Program-made: the position numbers and the translations under genes
Source: a virus
Taxonomy: Duplodnaviria; Caudoviricetes
Length of the DNA stretch: 64,000 nt
Virus record (IMG/VR): IMGVR_UViG_3300033074_000614
Location: 1 to 64,000 of that record
Strand: one strand, 5' to 3'
The notes under the pieces: model-generated
Databases searched by the model: none
Told to the model about the DNA's origin: nothing
Seen by the model: the letters and a program-made list of their open reading frames with translations, nothing else
In this document: piece by piece, positions 1 through 8,341 of the stretch
Position numbering within the stretch: position 1 is the first letter of the stretch
How the letters are laid out: each line of letters begins with the position of its first letter

Positions 1-408
1 CTCGCGGGAATCCAGCAAAACGCACGGTTCCCGCTCTTGGTCGCTCCGCTCAACCTTCCTGCCCCAAATCTTTACCGGCCCGCCCATATCGGCGCGGGTT
101 ACAACACGCTTCCTCAAACTGCCATCGTTGAACCCGTAGAGCAGCACGAACTTAGCCCCGCTCCCCTCGGCAATCTCAAGGCAGCGAAGGCACTTCATTA
201 GACCAATATTGATCGTCGGGTACTGGTCAGGTGCAATGTCGCGGCACTTGACTTCGACGTATTCCTGCACAAATCCGTACGATTCGTGCAAGGCGTAGTC
301 ACACCAATACCGCTCAGGCAGCTTGAACGCGACCAACCCGCGAGCGTTCGCATACGCATCAATCGCTTGACGTTCGTTGGCAAGATGTACAGGCGTTTCG
401 TATCGCAT
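1..408 (-). CDS. PD-(D/E)XK-type nuclease-like protein (3' end runs off window start)
   Basis: Not in the ORF track. My manual translation from ATG 408 is open to position 1: MRYETPVHLANERQAIDAYANARGLVAFKLPERYWCDYALHESYGFVQEYVEVKCRDI..., with a D...E-V-K spacing typical of PD-(D/E)XK nucleases. Confidence 0.6.
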   Translation of the reverse strand, partial: MRYETPVHLANERQAIDAYANARGLVAFKLPERYWCDYALHESYGFVQEYVEVKCRDIAPDQYPTINIGLMKCLRCLEIAEGSGAKFVLLYGFNDGSLRKRVVTRADMGGPVKIWGRKVERSDQEREPCVLLDSRE

Positions 409-480
409 AACACCGAGTCTCACACACCCAAGACAAAGATTGATCGTATTGGGCGAAACTCCAGAATCAAGTGGGGGCTT

Positions 481-570
481 GACCCACTACCTGTAGTACC
501 GCACATATTGCTATCGACTACTACTGGTGGTATGCTTCAACGCGGACCTACTACCTGTGGTATACTTCCT
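481..570 (+). promoter_or_regulatory. Promoter region with three imperfect operator-like repeats
   Basis: TTGCTA(508-513)-17 bp-TATGCT(531-536) with TG extension, and a second TGG-TATACT at 558-566. Repeats ACTACCTGTAGT (486-497, palindromic), ACTACTGGTGGT and ACTACCTGTGGT. Confidence 0.6.
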
Positions 571-615
571 CAATTCTGGGATATGGGAAACTTCCCGCAC
601 CGGGTCAGGGGGCTT

Positions 616-1296
616 ATGCGTTGGTCAGTCACACAAGGCGATTGCCTCGAACTGCTGAAGTCGCTCCCTAGTGGCAGCGTCGATGCGGTGGTTACTGATC
701 CGCCATTCGGCATCAACTTCAAATACAACGCCCACGACGACGATCCAGAAGCGTACCAATCAATGATGCGGTCATGGCTTGTAGAGGCCGATCGAATCGC
801 CAAGCCCGGCGCGTGTTTCTTTGTGTGGCAGGCCCAGATGCAAATGCCGAATATCCACAAGTGGTTCCCGGCGAAGTACCGGATATTTGCGGCGTGTAAG
901 AACTTCGTCCAGATTTATCCCGGTCCGATGTACGCATCTTTCGATCCAGTTGTGGTGTGGTGGAAGGAAGGCGCGAAGCCGTATTCAGAAGGCAGCGCAC
1001 AGCGTGACTTTTTAGTAGCCGACACATCGCCAAGCGGTCGAAAGCGCAGGGGAGAAGTTGTTGAAGGCCATCCATGCCCGCGACCTATTGAACACATGGA
1101 CCACATTATAAATCAGTGGACCGAGGAAGGTTCGACCGTTCTCGACCCCTTCTGTGGCAGCGGCACTACCGGCGTTTCTTGTGCCAAACTCAACCGCAAC
1201 TTCATCGGCTACGAAATCGACCCCAAGTATTGCGAGATTGCACGGCGGCGGATTGAGGCAGCGGTTCCACTATTCGCGGAGGCTACCAATGCGTGA
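616..1296 (+). CDS. DNA N6-adenine/N4-cytosine methyltransferase (beta class)
   Basis: GDCLELL...TDPPF catalytic motif, HPCPRP, DPFCGSGTT SAM-binding motif. Start moved from 286 to ATG 616 (G-rich RBS; matches the start of the paralog at 63415). Confidence 0.92.
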   Translation: MRWSVTQGDCLELLKSLPSGSVDAVVTDPPFGINFKYNAHDDDPEAYQSMMRSWLVEADRIAKPGACFFVWQAQMQMPNIHKWFPAKYRIFAACKNFVQIYPGPMYASFDPVVVWWKEGAKPYSEGSAQRDFLVADTSPSGRKRRGEVVEGHPCPRPIEHMDHIINQWTEEGSTVLDPFCGSGTTGVSCAKLNRNFIGYEIDPKYCEIARRRIEAAVPLFAEATNA

Positions 1297-2032
1297 CTAC
1301 CTACCAACCAAGCGCGGATTTGCGATCGGCGTAGCACTGTGGGCCGCGATAGCTGCACAGGGCTGCTTCCCCAAATTCGACGATGCCCGAATGCGGATCA
1401 ACCCCGAAACGGGCGAAACGATCGTGGAGCGGGTCAAAGGTGCGATCCCAAAGCCGGGGGATGATGCGTTTGTGGGGCCGGTTGATCCTGCCACCGATCA
1501 AACCTTCAGCGCCGGTAAGGCTGCGGCGAAAGCGGATTTCAATCAGTCAGTCAAAGTCCTAACTTGGTGGGCATGTGCCGCGTGCGTCGTTGGCGGCGCT
1601 TTCATGCTGGTCGCTAGTTTCTTCCTGCCGTGGGCATCGACCAAGCTGGCGGCGTATTGCCTTGCGGGGGCCGGCCTCACGTTGATCGTCCGCTACGTCC
1701 TGCTCACCTACGGCACGATTACAGCCGACATTGCGTTCTGGATCATGGTGGCTACAGCGGTGGGTGCGGGGGCATTGGTGGGCCTTCCCGCGCTCATCGC
1801 ATACACGCGGCGCATTGACTGGAAGAACGGTAAGGCGTTGGCGCTTGAACCCGGCAAGGAACGCGAGGGCGTGGCGATCTTGGCCCGCGCAAGCGCCGAG
1901 GTGAACGAAGTGCGCGGCGACGTTGCGGAATGGCTCAAGACGTTCAACGCTGGCGACAAGGCGTCTGCGGCGTGGAGCGAGGCAGAACAGAAATTGAAGA
2001 TGCTCGGTGTGCTGAAAGTTGGTGGTAAATGA
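1289..2032 (+). CDS. Putative lipoprotein with 3 TM helices (candidate lysis protein); paralog of 62585..63418
   Basis: GGAGG RBS, ATG 1289. Basic N-terminus, hydrophobic stretch, AQG-C lipobox-like site, then three hydrophobic segments. Confidence 0.65.
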   Translation: MRDYLPTKRGFAIGVALWAAIAAQGCFPKFDDARMRINPETGETIVERVKGAIPKPGDDAFVGPVDPATDQTFSAGKAAAKADFNQSVKVLTWWACAACVVGGAFMLVASFFLPWASTKLAAYCLAGAGLTLIVRYVLLTYGTITADIAFWIMVATAVGAGALVGLPALIAYTRRIDWKNGKALALEPGKEREGVAILARASAEVNEVRGDVAEWLKTFNAGDKASAAWSEAEQKLKMLGVLKVGGK

Positions 2033-2898
2033 CCCGCCTCCCCCGCCCAGTGAAGCCACCGACAACCCCGCGCCAAACGCCTGATATGTCATTCGGTGCG
2101 CGGCCCGGAGCACTATCGACCATGAATCACAACCTCGCCAAATGGATAGCGTGTTCAGCGTCTACCGGCCCGCGCGGATTCTCACCAGACTACCTCGCCA
2201 AGGGGCACGGTGGAATGTGGGATGATCACTACGCCCAGCGTGTGATCGACAGCGGCGCGGGTCTGGTAGTGTGGTGGATGCCCGGTGGTGCAATGGAAAC
2301 CGGCGACATTCTTGAGTTTGACTGCATGAGCAAGTGTCGCGCGAACGTGCAAACGGCTCACCTTGGCGATCCAGCCGAATTGTGGTATGCGTTGAACGAG
2401 TGCAAGAAACTGGGGCGAAAGACCGCGCTGTACCTTGGCGCGACGATGGAATGGGACAAACTCCCAACGGCCGAGATAATGAACAAGGTGATAAGCGAGA
2501 TTGGCCCATACGAGGGCGCGTGCGACGTTGTAATCATCGACTGCGGGTGTGAGGCGGTAGAGGGGGATGCCTATTGCATCGCCCATCGTGTCATTACCAA
2601 AGACCTTGGCATGGAATGTTGGGCCGAAACGCGGGCATTGAAGGGCAAGTATTCAGCGATCAACGGCCACACTCACCTATGCGTAGGGTCGAAGTGGGAT
2701 TCAAGCGGCGGTGCCGCTGGCGATCAATACCACGCGGCGGATACGGGCAAGACGTGGATATTGAGCGAGAACGCGGACCCATCGGGCGCGAACGCACGGC
2801 GATACAAACACGAAAGCGGGAAGGTAGCGGTCGGCATCGGTGAGGTGCATATCACGGCGGCATCGCTGGCGATAGTGAACGAAGGCGGTGGAGTGTGA
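2029..2898 (+). CDS. Hypothetical protein (alpha/beta enzyme-like)
   Basis: 289-aa ORF overlapping both neighbours by 4 nt (ATGA/GTGA coupling). No recognised motif; true start may be later. Confidence 0.65.
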   Translation: MTRLPRPVKPPTTPRQTPDMSFGARPGALSTMNHNLAKWIACSASTGPRGFSPDYLAKGHGGMWDDHYAQRVIDSGAGLVVWWMPGGAMETGDILEFDCMSKCRANVQTAHLGDPAELWYALNECKKLGRKTALYLGATMEWDKLPTAEIMNKVISEIGPYEGACDVVIIDCGCEAVEGDAYCIAHRVITKDLGMECWAETRALKGKYSAINGHTHLCVGSKWDSSGGAAGDQYHAADTGKTWILSENADPSGANARRYKHESGKVAVGIGEVHITAASLAIVNEGGGV

Positions 2899-3275
2899 CC
2901 GCAACCGCCCGCCAAATTGTGACCGGCGATCTACCGCTTACGGTGGCGACGATCACTGACGGCGAGTTCCTCAAGCGGAGCGGCTCGACGATCATCAGCG
3001 CGGCTGGCGGCAGCGGGGATGCACTTACCTCTAACCCTCTCTCGCAATTCGCGGCGACTACATCGGCTCAGTTGGCGGGGGTAATCAGCAACAAAACCGG
3101 CAGCGGGTTGCTGGTGTTTGGAACATCCCCAACCATCGACGCGCCCACCTTCACCGGCACATTCACACTCGGCGGATTCACGCTCACCCTCACGGCAAAC
3201 ACCACGATCGGTGGGCAAACCCCGTCCATTGGCAAAACCCTCGCAATGATTAACGGTCTTTCGGTTGCTCTCTAA
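2895..3275 (+). CDS. Thr/Gly-rich virion or fibre-associated protein
   Basis: Coupled start. Sequence such as LSQFAATTSAQLAGVISNKTGSGLLVFGTSPTI resembles phage fibre segments. Confidence 0.6.
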   Translation: MTATARQIVTGDLPLTVATITDGEFLKRSGSTIISAAGGSGDALTSNPLSQFAATTSAQLAGVISNKTGSGLLVFGTSPTIDAPTFTGTFTLGGFTLTLTANTTIGGQTPSIGKTLAMINGLSVAL

Positions 3276-3283
3276 GGAATGAA

Positions 3284-3718
3284 ATGGCACAGAACACCTC
3301 GCCCATCTACACGCTGACCCCAAACGTCCAATCGGACGGCGCGACCGCGATGGCCCCAACGTTCACGACTGCGGCGGCAGACTACACGGGTGCGACTGCG
3401 ACTCACAACAAAATCGTGTGGACAGCCGGGGCCAACGGTGGGTTCATCAATCGCTTGAAGTTCAAGGCGATCGGTACCAATACAGCTTCGGTCGCTCGCG
3501 TCTTTATCAACAACGGATCGTCCAACACCACAGCGGCCAACAACTCATTCATCAGTGAAATCGCATTGCCCGCGACTACCGCGATTGCGACGACCTCAAC
3601 GGTTGACGTAGAACTGCCCCTCGGATTCGCATTGCCTGCGGGCTTCACAATCCTCGTCGGACTCGGAACAACCGTGGCGGCGGGCTGGGTCTGCACCGGA
3701 ATTGGTGGGGACTATTAA
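3284..3718 (+). CDS. Ala/Thr-rich phage structural-type protein
   Basis: AAGGA RBS; MAQNTSPIYTLTP...GGDY, beta-rich composition. Confidence 0.7.
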   Translation: MAQNTSPIYTLTPNVQSDGATAMAPTFTTAAADYTGATATHNKIVWTAGANGGFINRLKFKAIGTNTASVARVFINNGSSNTTAANNSFISEIALPATTAIATTSTVDVELPLGFALPAGFTILVGLGTTVAAGWVCTGIGGDY

Positions 3719-4642
3719 ATGAGCGATATGTCCTCATTCCCGTCCCGGTTCAATGCAGACGTTCAAACCTGCATCGGTAACAGCGTTGCCAACGGCGTTA
3801 CGTGGCAGACATGGACCAAGCCGCGCGGGAAGACGATGGCGTTTATCCTGTGCGTTGGCAGGGGCGGCAACGGTGGGACTGGCGTGATCGGTGCAAACTC
3901 AACGGCTGCGGGCGGCGGCGGCGGTGGTTCCGGTGGTGTATCGCGGCTCGTAATCCCGATCATGTTCCTGCCCGATCGTCTCTATTTGTCTGCCGGAAAC
4001 ACTCAGGGCGTTGCGACCTACGTTTCAATCCATCCGAGTGTGACAACTCAGCATCTTGTGCTACACGCTGCCGCTGGTGGCGCGGGCGGCAATGCGTCCG
4101 GTGCTACGGCGGGCGCGGCTGGCGCGGCAGGCGGCATCTCAGGCATAACGACCGCCCCTCTCACTGGACTTGGTGTGTGCAACTTCATCGCGGGCCAAGC
4201 CGGGATCATCGGGGGAACGACGGTTGCTGCCGGTGCGTTGACTATTCCGTTTACCAGTGTGCCCGTCACGGGCGGCACTGGCGGGGGCGGACTTCCTGCC
4301 GCTGGCGTGGCTGGAACAAACGGCGGTGCGTTCGGCGGCTACTCAGCGCCGTCGCCCTTCCCCGCTCACTCTGGCGGCATTGGTGCGGCATCGGGCACAA
4401 CACCAGCCGGGAACGGAAGTCATGGACCAAATTACATTGTTCCCGGCCTCAACTATTCCTTTGGTGGGACGGGTGGAGGCTCTACGCATGGAACGGCTAC
4501 CGGGGCCGGGCTGGTTCAATCCAGCGGCGGCGATGGTGGGTATGGATCAGGCGGGGGCGGAATGGGCGGGGCATTGACCGGATCTGCTGCGGGCGCAATT
4601 GGCCGGGGCGGGTCTGGATACATTACGATCGTGTGTTGGTAA
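3719..4642 (+). CDS. Glycine-rich fibre-associated protein
   Basis: Very Gly-rich (AAGGGGGGSGG, GGTGGG, GSGGGG repeats), typical of phage fibre-region genes. Confidence 0.7.
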   Translation: MSDMSSFPSRFNADVQTCIGNSVANGVTWQTWTKPRGKTMAFILCVGRGGNGGTGVIGANSTAAGGGGGGSGGVSRLVIPIMFLPDRLYLSAGNTQGVATYVSIHPSVTTQHLVLHAAAGGAGGNASGATAGAAGAAGGISGITTAPLTGLGVCNFIAGQAGIIGGTTVAAGALTIPFTSVPVTGGTGGGGLPAAGVAGTNGGAFGGYSAPSPFPAHSGGIGAASGTTPAGNGSHGPNYIVPGLNYSFGGTGGGSTHGTATGAGLVQSSGGDGGYGSGGGGMGGALTGSAAGAIGRGGSGYITIVCW

Positions 4643-4655
4643 GTTAGGAAACACT

Positions 4656-5018
4656 ATGTCAGATCACGAAACCATAACCCGAATCGCAAGCGACATTGCA
4701 GAAATGAAGCACATCCTCACCGGGGGCGCGACACCTGAAAAGGGATACGTCTACCGCACCGCTCAGCTTGAACACTCGATGGGCAACGTGAAATTATCGC
4801 TGGCGAATATCCCACCGCTTATCGAACGTCTTGAGGTAGTAGAGCGGAGAACTGTGGCGTGGGAGAAGCGAGACGATAAAGCGGATGAGAAAAAGACTTG
4901 GCGAAACAGGATGCTTATCACACTTGTCGCGGGCACCTGCATTACAACGGTTGGGGCACAGGCCGCGATGATACTTAAAACATTCTCCGATCACGAAGAG
5001 AAAGCGAGTGAGAAGTAA
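4656..5018 (+). CDS. Coiled-coil protein with one C-terminal TM helix (holin/XhlA-like)
   Basis: AGGA RBS before ATG 4656. Heptad-like N-terminal part, TM segment MLITLVAGTCITTVGAQAAMIL. Confidence 0.55.
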   Translation: MSDHETITRIASDIAEMKHILTGGATPEKGYVYRTAQLEHSMGNVKLSLANIPPLIERLEVVERRTVAWEKRDDKADEKKTWRNRMLITLVAGTCITTVGAQAAMILKTFSDHEEKASEK

Positions 5019-6994
5019 TGGGCGTTACATTCGATCAAGTCGTTGGCCCGCGTTCGATGTGGGGTATCCCCGGCAGTTGGTCGCTCTATCTCACGCACAA
5101 GGCGTATCAGCGGTATCGTGAGAATGAAATCCCGTCTGCGATCAATCGTCCCACAACGGTCTATGTCACGTACAGCGCGGGCGGGTCTGCTGCTGGCGGT
5201 GGCGGTACTGGCGCAATCGGCACGCCTTATCTTGTGCGTCACACGGCGGACCTGAAGGCACTAACGGCCAACGTGCTTGCATTGCTCGGCTCGAACGTCG
5301 GCGTGGTTATCCCCGATGACGTAGTTATTCCGGGAAGTCAGGCGAATACCGATCAGTCGATCATTGTCTGGGGTGCAAATGTAAGTTGGGGGCGAGGTGG
5401 TCTAGGCACGCGCAAGCCTGAAATCACTGGGTTCGTCAATGTCGCACCGTCTTCGGTGGTGGGCACGGTTGCAACGTTCAACCTTGGCGCTGGTGTAAGC
5501 GTCTACGGCGTTCGCGGACGCACGGCAGCGTCAACAGACCGAGACGACTATCTCCTGCAACCGTACGAGTACGCTGCAAGCGCGGTAGAGGCAGCGGCAA
5601 ACACCTATTCATTCTTCAGCGACAGCGGCACCGGCGTTTGCACCGTGGAGTTCGGCGCACACGACTCGACGCGATTGGAACTTAGTTTCAATACCGGGAT
5701 CGGTCTGTACTTTGGAGACTACGACCAGACCGCGCTAGACGGGCTGATTGTCACGGGCTTTGGCATGAACGCGCGCGGAACCGCAAGCGGCAACCAGTGC
5801 GTCAAGTGGCAACTCACCGGCACGAACACCAGCGTGGCGCGCGACAGCGAATGGTTTTGGGGTCCGTACCACACGGGCGGGAACATCGTTACGGGTACAG
5901 GCGGGATTCTCACTTATCACCGATGCCGATGGGGATACCACCAGTGGGACAGCGGGGGGACGGGCGATGGTTGTATCAACTACGCGACGGGTGGCAGTCA
6001 AGAGTGGGGGCGATACAACTGCACTCAAGCTCACGGTGGATTGGACACGGTTGCGGGCATCGCAATTCCGCAAACGCCATACTCTCACAGCACAAACGAT
6101 ACGACTCTTCCAATTGCGTACGGCGCGGAAATTGATTGTGTGTATTCCATCGAATACGGCGCACAGCTTCAATCGAACACCATCGCGGCATCCGTTGGCG
6201 CGATCGCAAATAAAGACCTGACCACAAGCTATCGAGTTTTCACGTACAACCGTGAGGTAGCGTCCCAAAGCGTTTCAAGCGGCGGAATGTGGGGTATCCA
6301 CTACCGCGCGCAGAATCTCATGGCGATTGTCCCACCGGGCGGATCGTTTGCAATTCCATTCTCAGGCAACACCGGACTCAAGGGCCTTTGGTTCTCAAGT
6401 GAGTTCGAGGTGTTCGGCGTGGCCGGAACGTGGACCGCCAAATCTATTCGCATGTTCCAGTCTACGGCGGCTCACGATTTCCGATGGGTCTTCTCGCGGC
6501 TCAGGTTCTACGGCGCGAATTGCAACGGCATCGCGGCAAGCTGGCAGGGCAATAGCTATCTGGCAACCTGTTCACTTGAGAATTGTGTTCTCAGCAACGA
6601 AATGGGGATCGCTACCGGGTCAATCGACTTCGCCAGTACCGATGGCATCAATCACTTCTACAACGCGAATCCACGCACGGCAACGGGCGGCATGTCAGGT
6701 TGTGCGTATTGGGAGTTCCCATCGGCAGAGTTCAACGCAACACTCGGCACGCTTGCACTGGCAGCGGCAGGCGATTGGGACGCGGCGAACGAAGTCCCGG
6801 CAGCGATGCAGAACGCGGCGTTGGCACTGCCTACGGGCTTGACGTGTGAGTTTGACCATCTTGGCGCGTATCGAAATCCAAACAAGACAATGCGATCGCG
6901 CGGCAGCATCGAAGCAAACCCTTCGGCTGGCAGTCCGTATGTAATGGCAATGTCAGACCGCGTGCGGTTACTGGAGGACGATGACGACGAGTAA
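5018..6994 (+). CDS. Large beta-rich protein, possible right-handed beta-helix (depolymerase/tailspike-like)
   Basis: 658 aa, Gly/Asn/Thr/Ser-rich with short beta-strand periodicity and a C-terminal GSIEA motif. Fold is inferred. Confidence 0.5.
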   Translation: MGVTFDQVVGPRSMWGIPGSWSLYLTHKAYQRYRENEIPSAINRPTTVYVTYSAGGSAAGGGGTGAIGTPYLVRHTADLKALTANVLALLGSNVGVVIPDDVVIPGSQANTDQSIIVWGANVSWGRGGLGTRKPEITGFVNVAPSSVVGTVATFNLGAGVSVYGVRGRTAASTDRDDYLLQPYEYAASAVEAAANTYSFFSDSGTGVCTVEFGAHDSTRLELSFNTGIGLYFGDYDQTALDGLIVTGFGMNARGTASGNQCVKWQLTGTNTSVARDSEWFWGPYHTGGNIVTGTGGILTYHRCRWGYHQWDSGGTGDGCINYATGGSQEWGRYNCTQAHGGLDTVAGIAIPQTPYSHSTNDTTLPIAYGAEIDCVYSIEYGAQLQSNTIAASVGAIANKDLTTSYRVFTYNREVASQSVSSGGMWGIHYRAQNLMAIVPPGGSFAIPFSGNTGLKGLWFSSEFEVFGVAGTWTAKSIRMFQSTAAHDFRWVFSRLRFYGANCNGIAASWQGNSYLATCSLENCVLSNEMGIATGSIDFASTDGINHFYNANPRTATGGMSGCAYWEFPSAEFNATLGTLALAAAGDWDAANEVPAAMQNAALALPTGLTCEFDHLGAYRNPNKTMRSRGSIEANPSAGSPYVMAMSDRVRLLEDDDDE

Positions 6995-7415
6995 CCCAAT
7001 CTGCGGTTTCACCCTTCGCCAACGTGCCGAGGTAGCGGCGTCGCTATTCGGCGCCTCGATCCCGCTTGAACGCGAGATTACCGAGCGGGGCCGTCCGCGT
7101 CAAAGCTGGTCGATCCTTTCGGTGCGCGATCTTGTGGTCTGGTTTATGTCGCTCCCGTTCAAGAATGGGCGCAAGCCAACGCAGATGCAAATCGGGCGAA
7201 TCCTCGGCCTGAACAAGTCGACCGTTGGCTACGCACTTGCCCGCGTGCGTGCGTGGGTCGATGGAATGTACAGCGAAAGTCTAATCATTGGTCGGATTTA
7301 CGCAAGGGATTCAAGCCGCCTGCCCATCACCCAAACGCTTTCCATCTATCGTGATTTACGCCGCAGCACATGGCGGCGAGGTTTTGCAACGCATCAAACG
7401 AAAGGCATCAAATGA
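6981..7415 (+). CDS. HTH DNA-binding protein resembling DnaA domain IV; paralog of 42270..42707
   Basis: RDLVVWFM...PTQMQIGRILGLNKSTVGYAL parallels the DnaA C-terminal RQxAMYL...IGxxFGxRDHTTV pattern. Confidence 0.55.
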   Translation: MTTSNPICGFTLRQRAEVAASLFGASIPLEREITERGRPRQSWSILSVRDLVVWFMSLPFKNGRKPTQMQIGRILGLNKSTVGYALARVRAWVDGMYSESLIIGRIYARDSSRLPITQTLSIYRDLRRSTWRRGFATHQTKGIK

Positions 7416-8068
7416 GTCTTCTCTCTCGCTCCACCGGCCAACGTCGGCACCTGTCCAGCAATTCCACCCAGTCCGCATTCGAGATTACCGCAGGCCGCAG
7501 GGTGTCCGGCGCGGCCGGCTACACACTCAACAGCGCCGGGATTCTGACGCTGACTGGCGGCACGTTCTCGGCGTTCCACCAGATGATCGGCTTGCAAGGC
7601 TATCGGGGCGGTGCGTTTGAGTTCTTTGGCACCGGGGCCGACGACTCAACGTTCAACTACCGGATGTGGCTGGTGATCGGCAACTTCTCCACTAACTGCC
7701 CGCAGGCGTTCCCCGATCTTTCCAAGCTGGTCGATATTGAACTGCTCTGTTTCGTGGCCGACACCTCGACTGTCACGCTCTCGACCGCCGTAGGTGCGAC
7801 CGGCGCGGCAAGCCCCGCGATTCTCTCGACCGAGCGAATTGCCGACACGCTCACCTGCACTATCTCGACCACCGCGACGACCCCAACGGGTCCAGCGACA
7901 GTCATGCAAACCGCCTACGCACTGGGCGACGTTACAGCCTACAGCCCGGCAGGTAACACCCCCGCGCGGTTGATCGTCCCAGACTTCGGGTGTGTACTCG
8001 GCGTGATTCCCGAATTTGACCTGACAGGCGCGACGGGCGCGAACTGTCTCTATGAATTGAGGAAATAA
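7412..8068 (+). CDS. Conserved hypothetical protein X (module A); paralog of 45133..45783
   Basis: ATGA overlap at 7412. Long shared blocks with the B copy (FGTGADxSTFNYRMWLV, DIELLCFVADTSTVTLS, LIVPDFGC). Confidence 0.8.
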   Translation: MSLLSRSTGQRRHLSSNSTQSAFEITAGRRVSGAAGYTLNSAGILTLTGGTFSAFHQMIGLQGYRGGAFEFFGTGADDSTFNYRMWLVIGNFSTNCPQAFPDLSKLVDIELLCFVADTSTVTLSTAVGATGAASPAILSTERIADTLTCTISTTATTPTGPATVMQTAYALGDVTAYSPAGNTPARLIVPDFGCVLGVIPEFDLTGATGANCLYELRK

Positions 8069-8341
8069 ATGGATGGCGGCGTACTTTCAATTCGTTTGAC
8101 GATCATCGAAGGGCTTGCGCGATCGGTGCGTGAGGCCATTGCCCAATGTTCGCTACTCGAACCGATGGCGACTACGCCGAGTGTGATTGGCATGGATGGG
8201 ATTGATCGGCAGGCGATGGCGGCTCAACAGTTGGCAACCGTCCGCGCCCAATCGAACCAGCAACTTCAGACGCTATTACAGCACTCTTCGGACTTGATCG
8301 GGCAGTTTCAACCTAAGCAGGAGTTGAAGTTAAGTGAGTGA
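8069..8341 (+). CDS. Hypothetical protein Y (module A); paralog of 45971..46294
   Basis: LSIRLTIIEGLARSVREAIAQ vs ISIQLTIIEENARAARLAIAQ. Confidence 0.7.
   Translation: MDGGVLSIRLTIIEGLARSVREAIAQCSLLEPMATTPSVIGMDGIDRQAMAAQQLATVRAQSNQQLQTLLQHSSDLIGQFQPKQELKLSE

Noticed and set aside
286-615. N-terminal extension of the first methyltransferase given by the ORF track
   Set aside because: Overlaps the minus-strand nuclease gene and the promoter; the paralog starts at the equivalent of 616.
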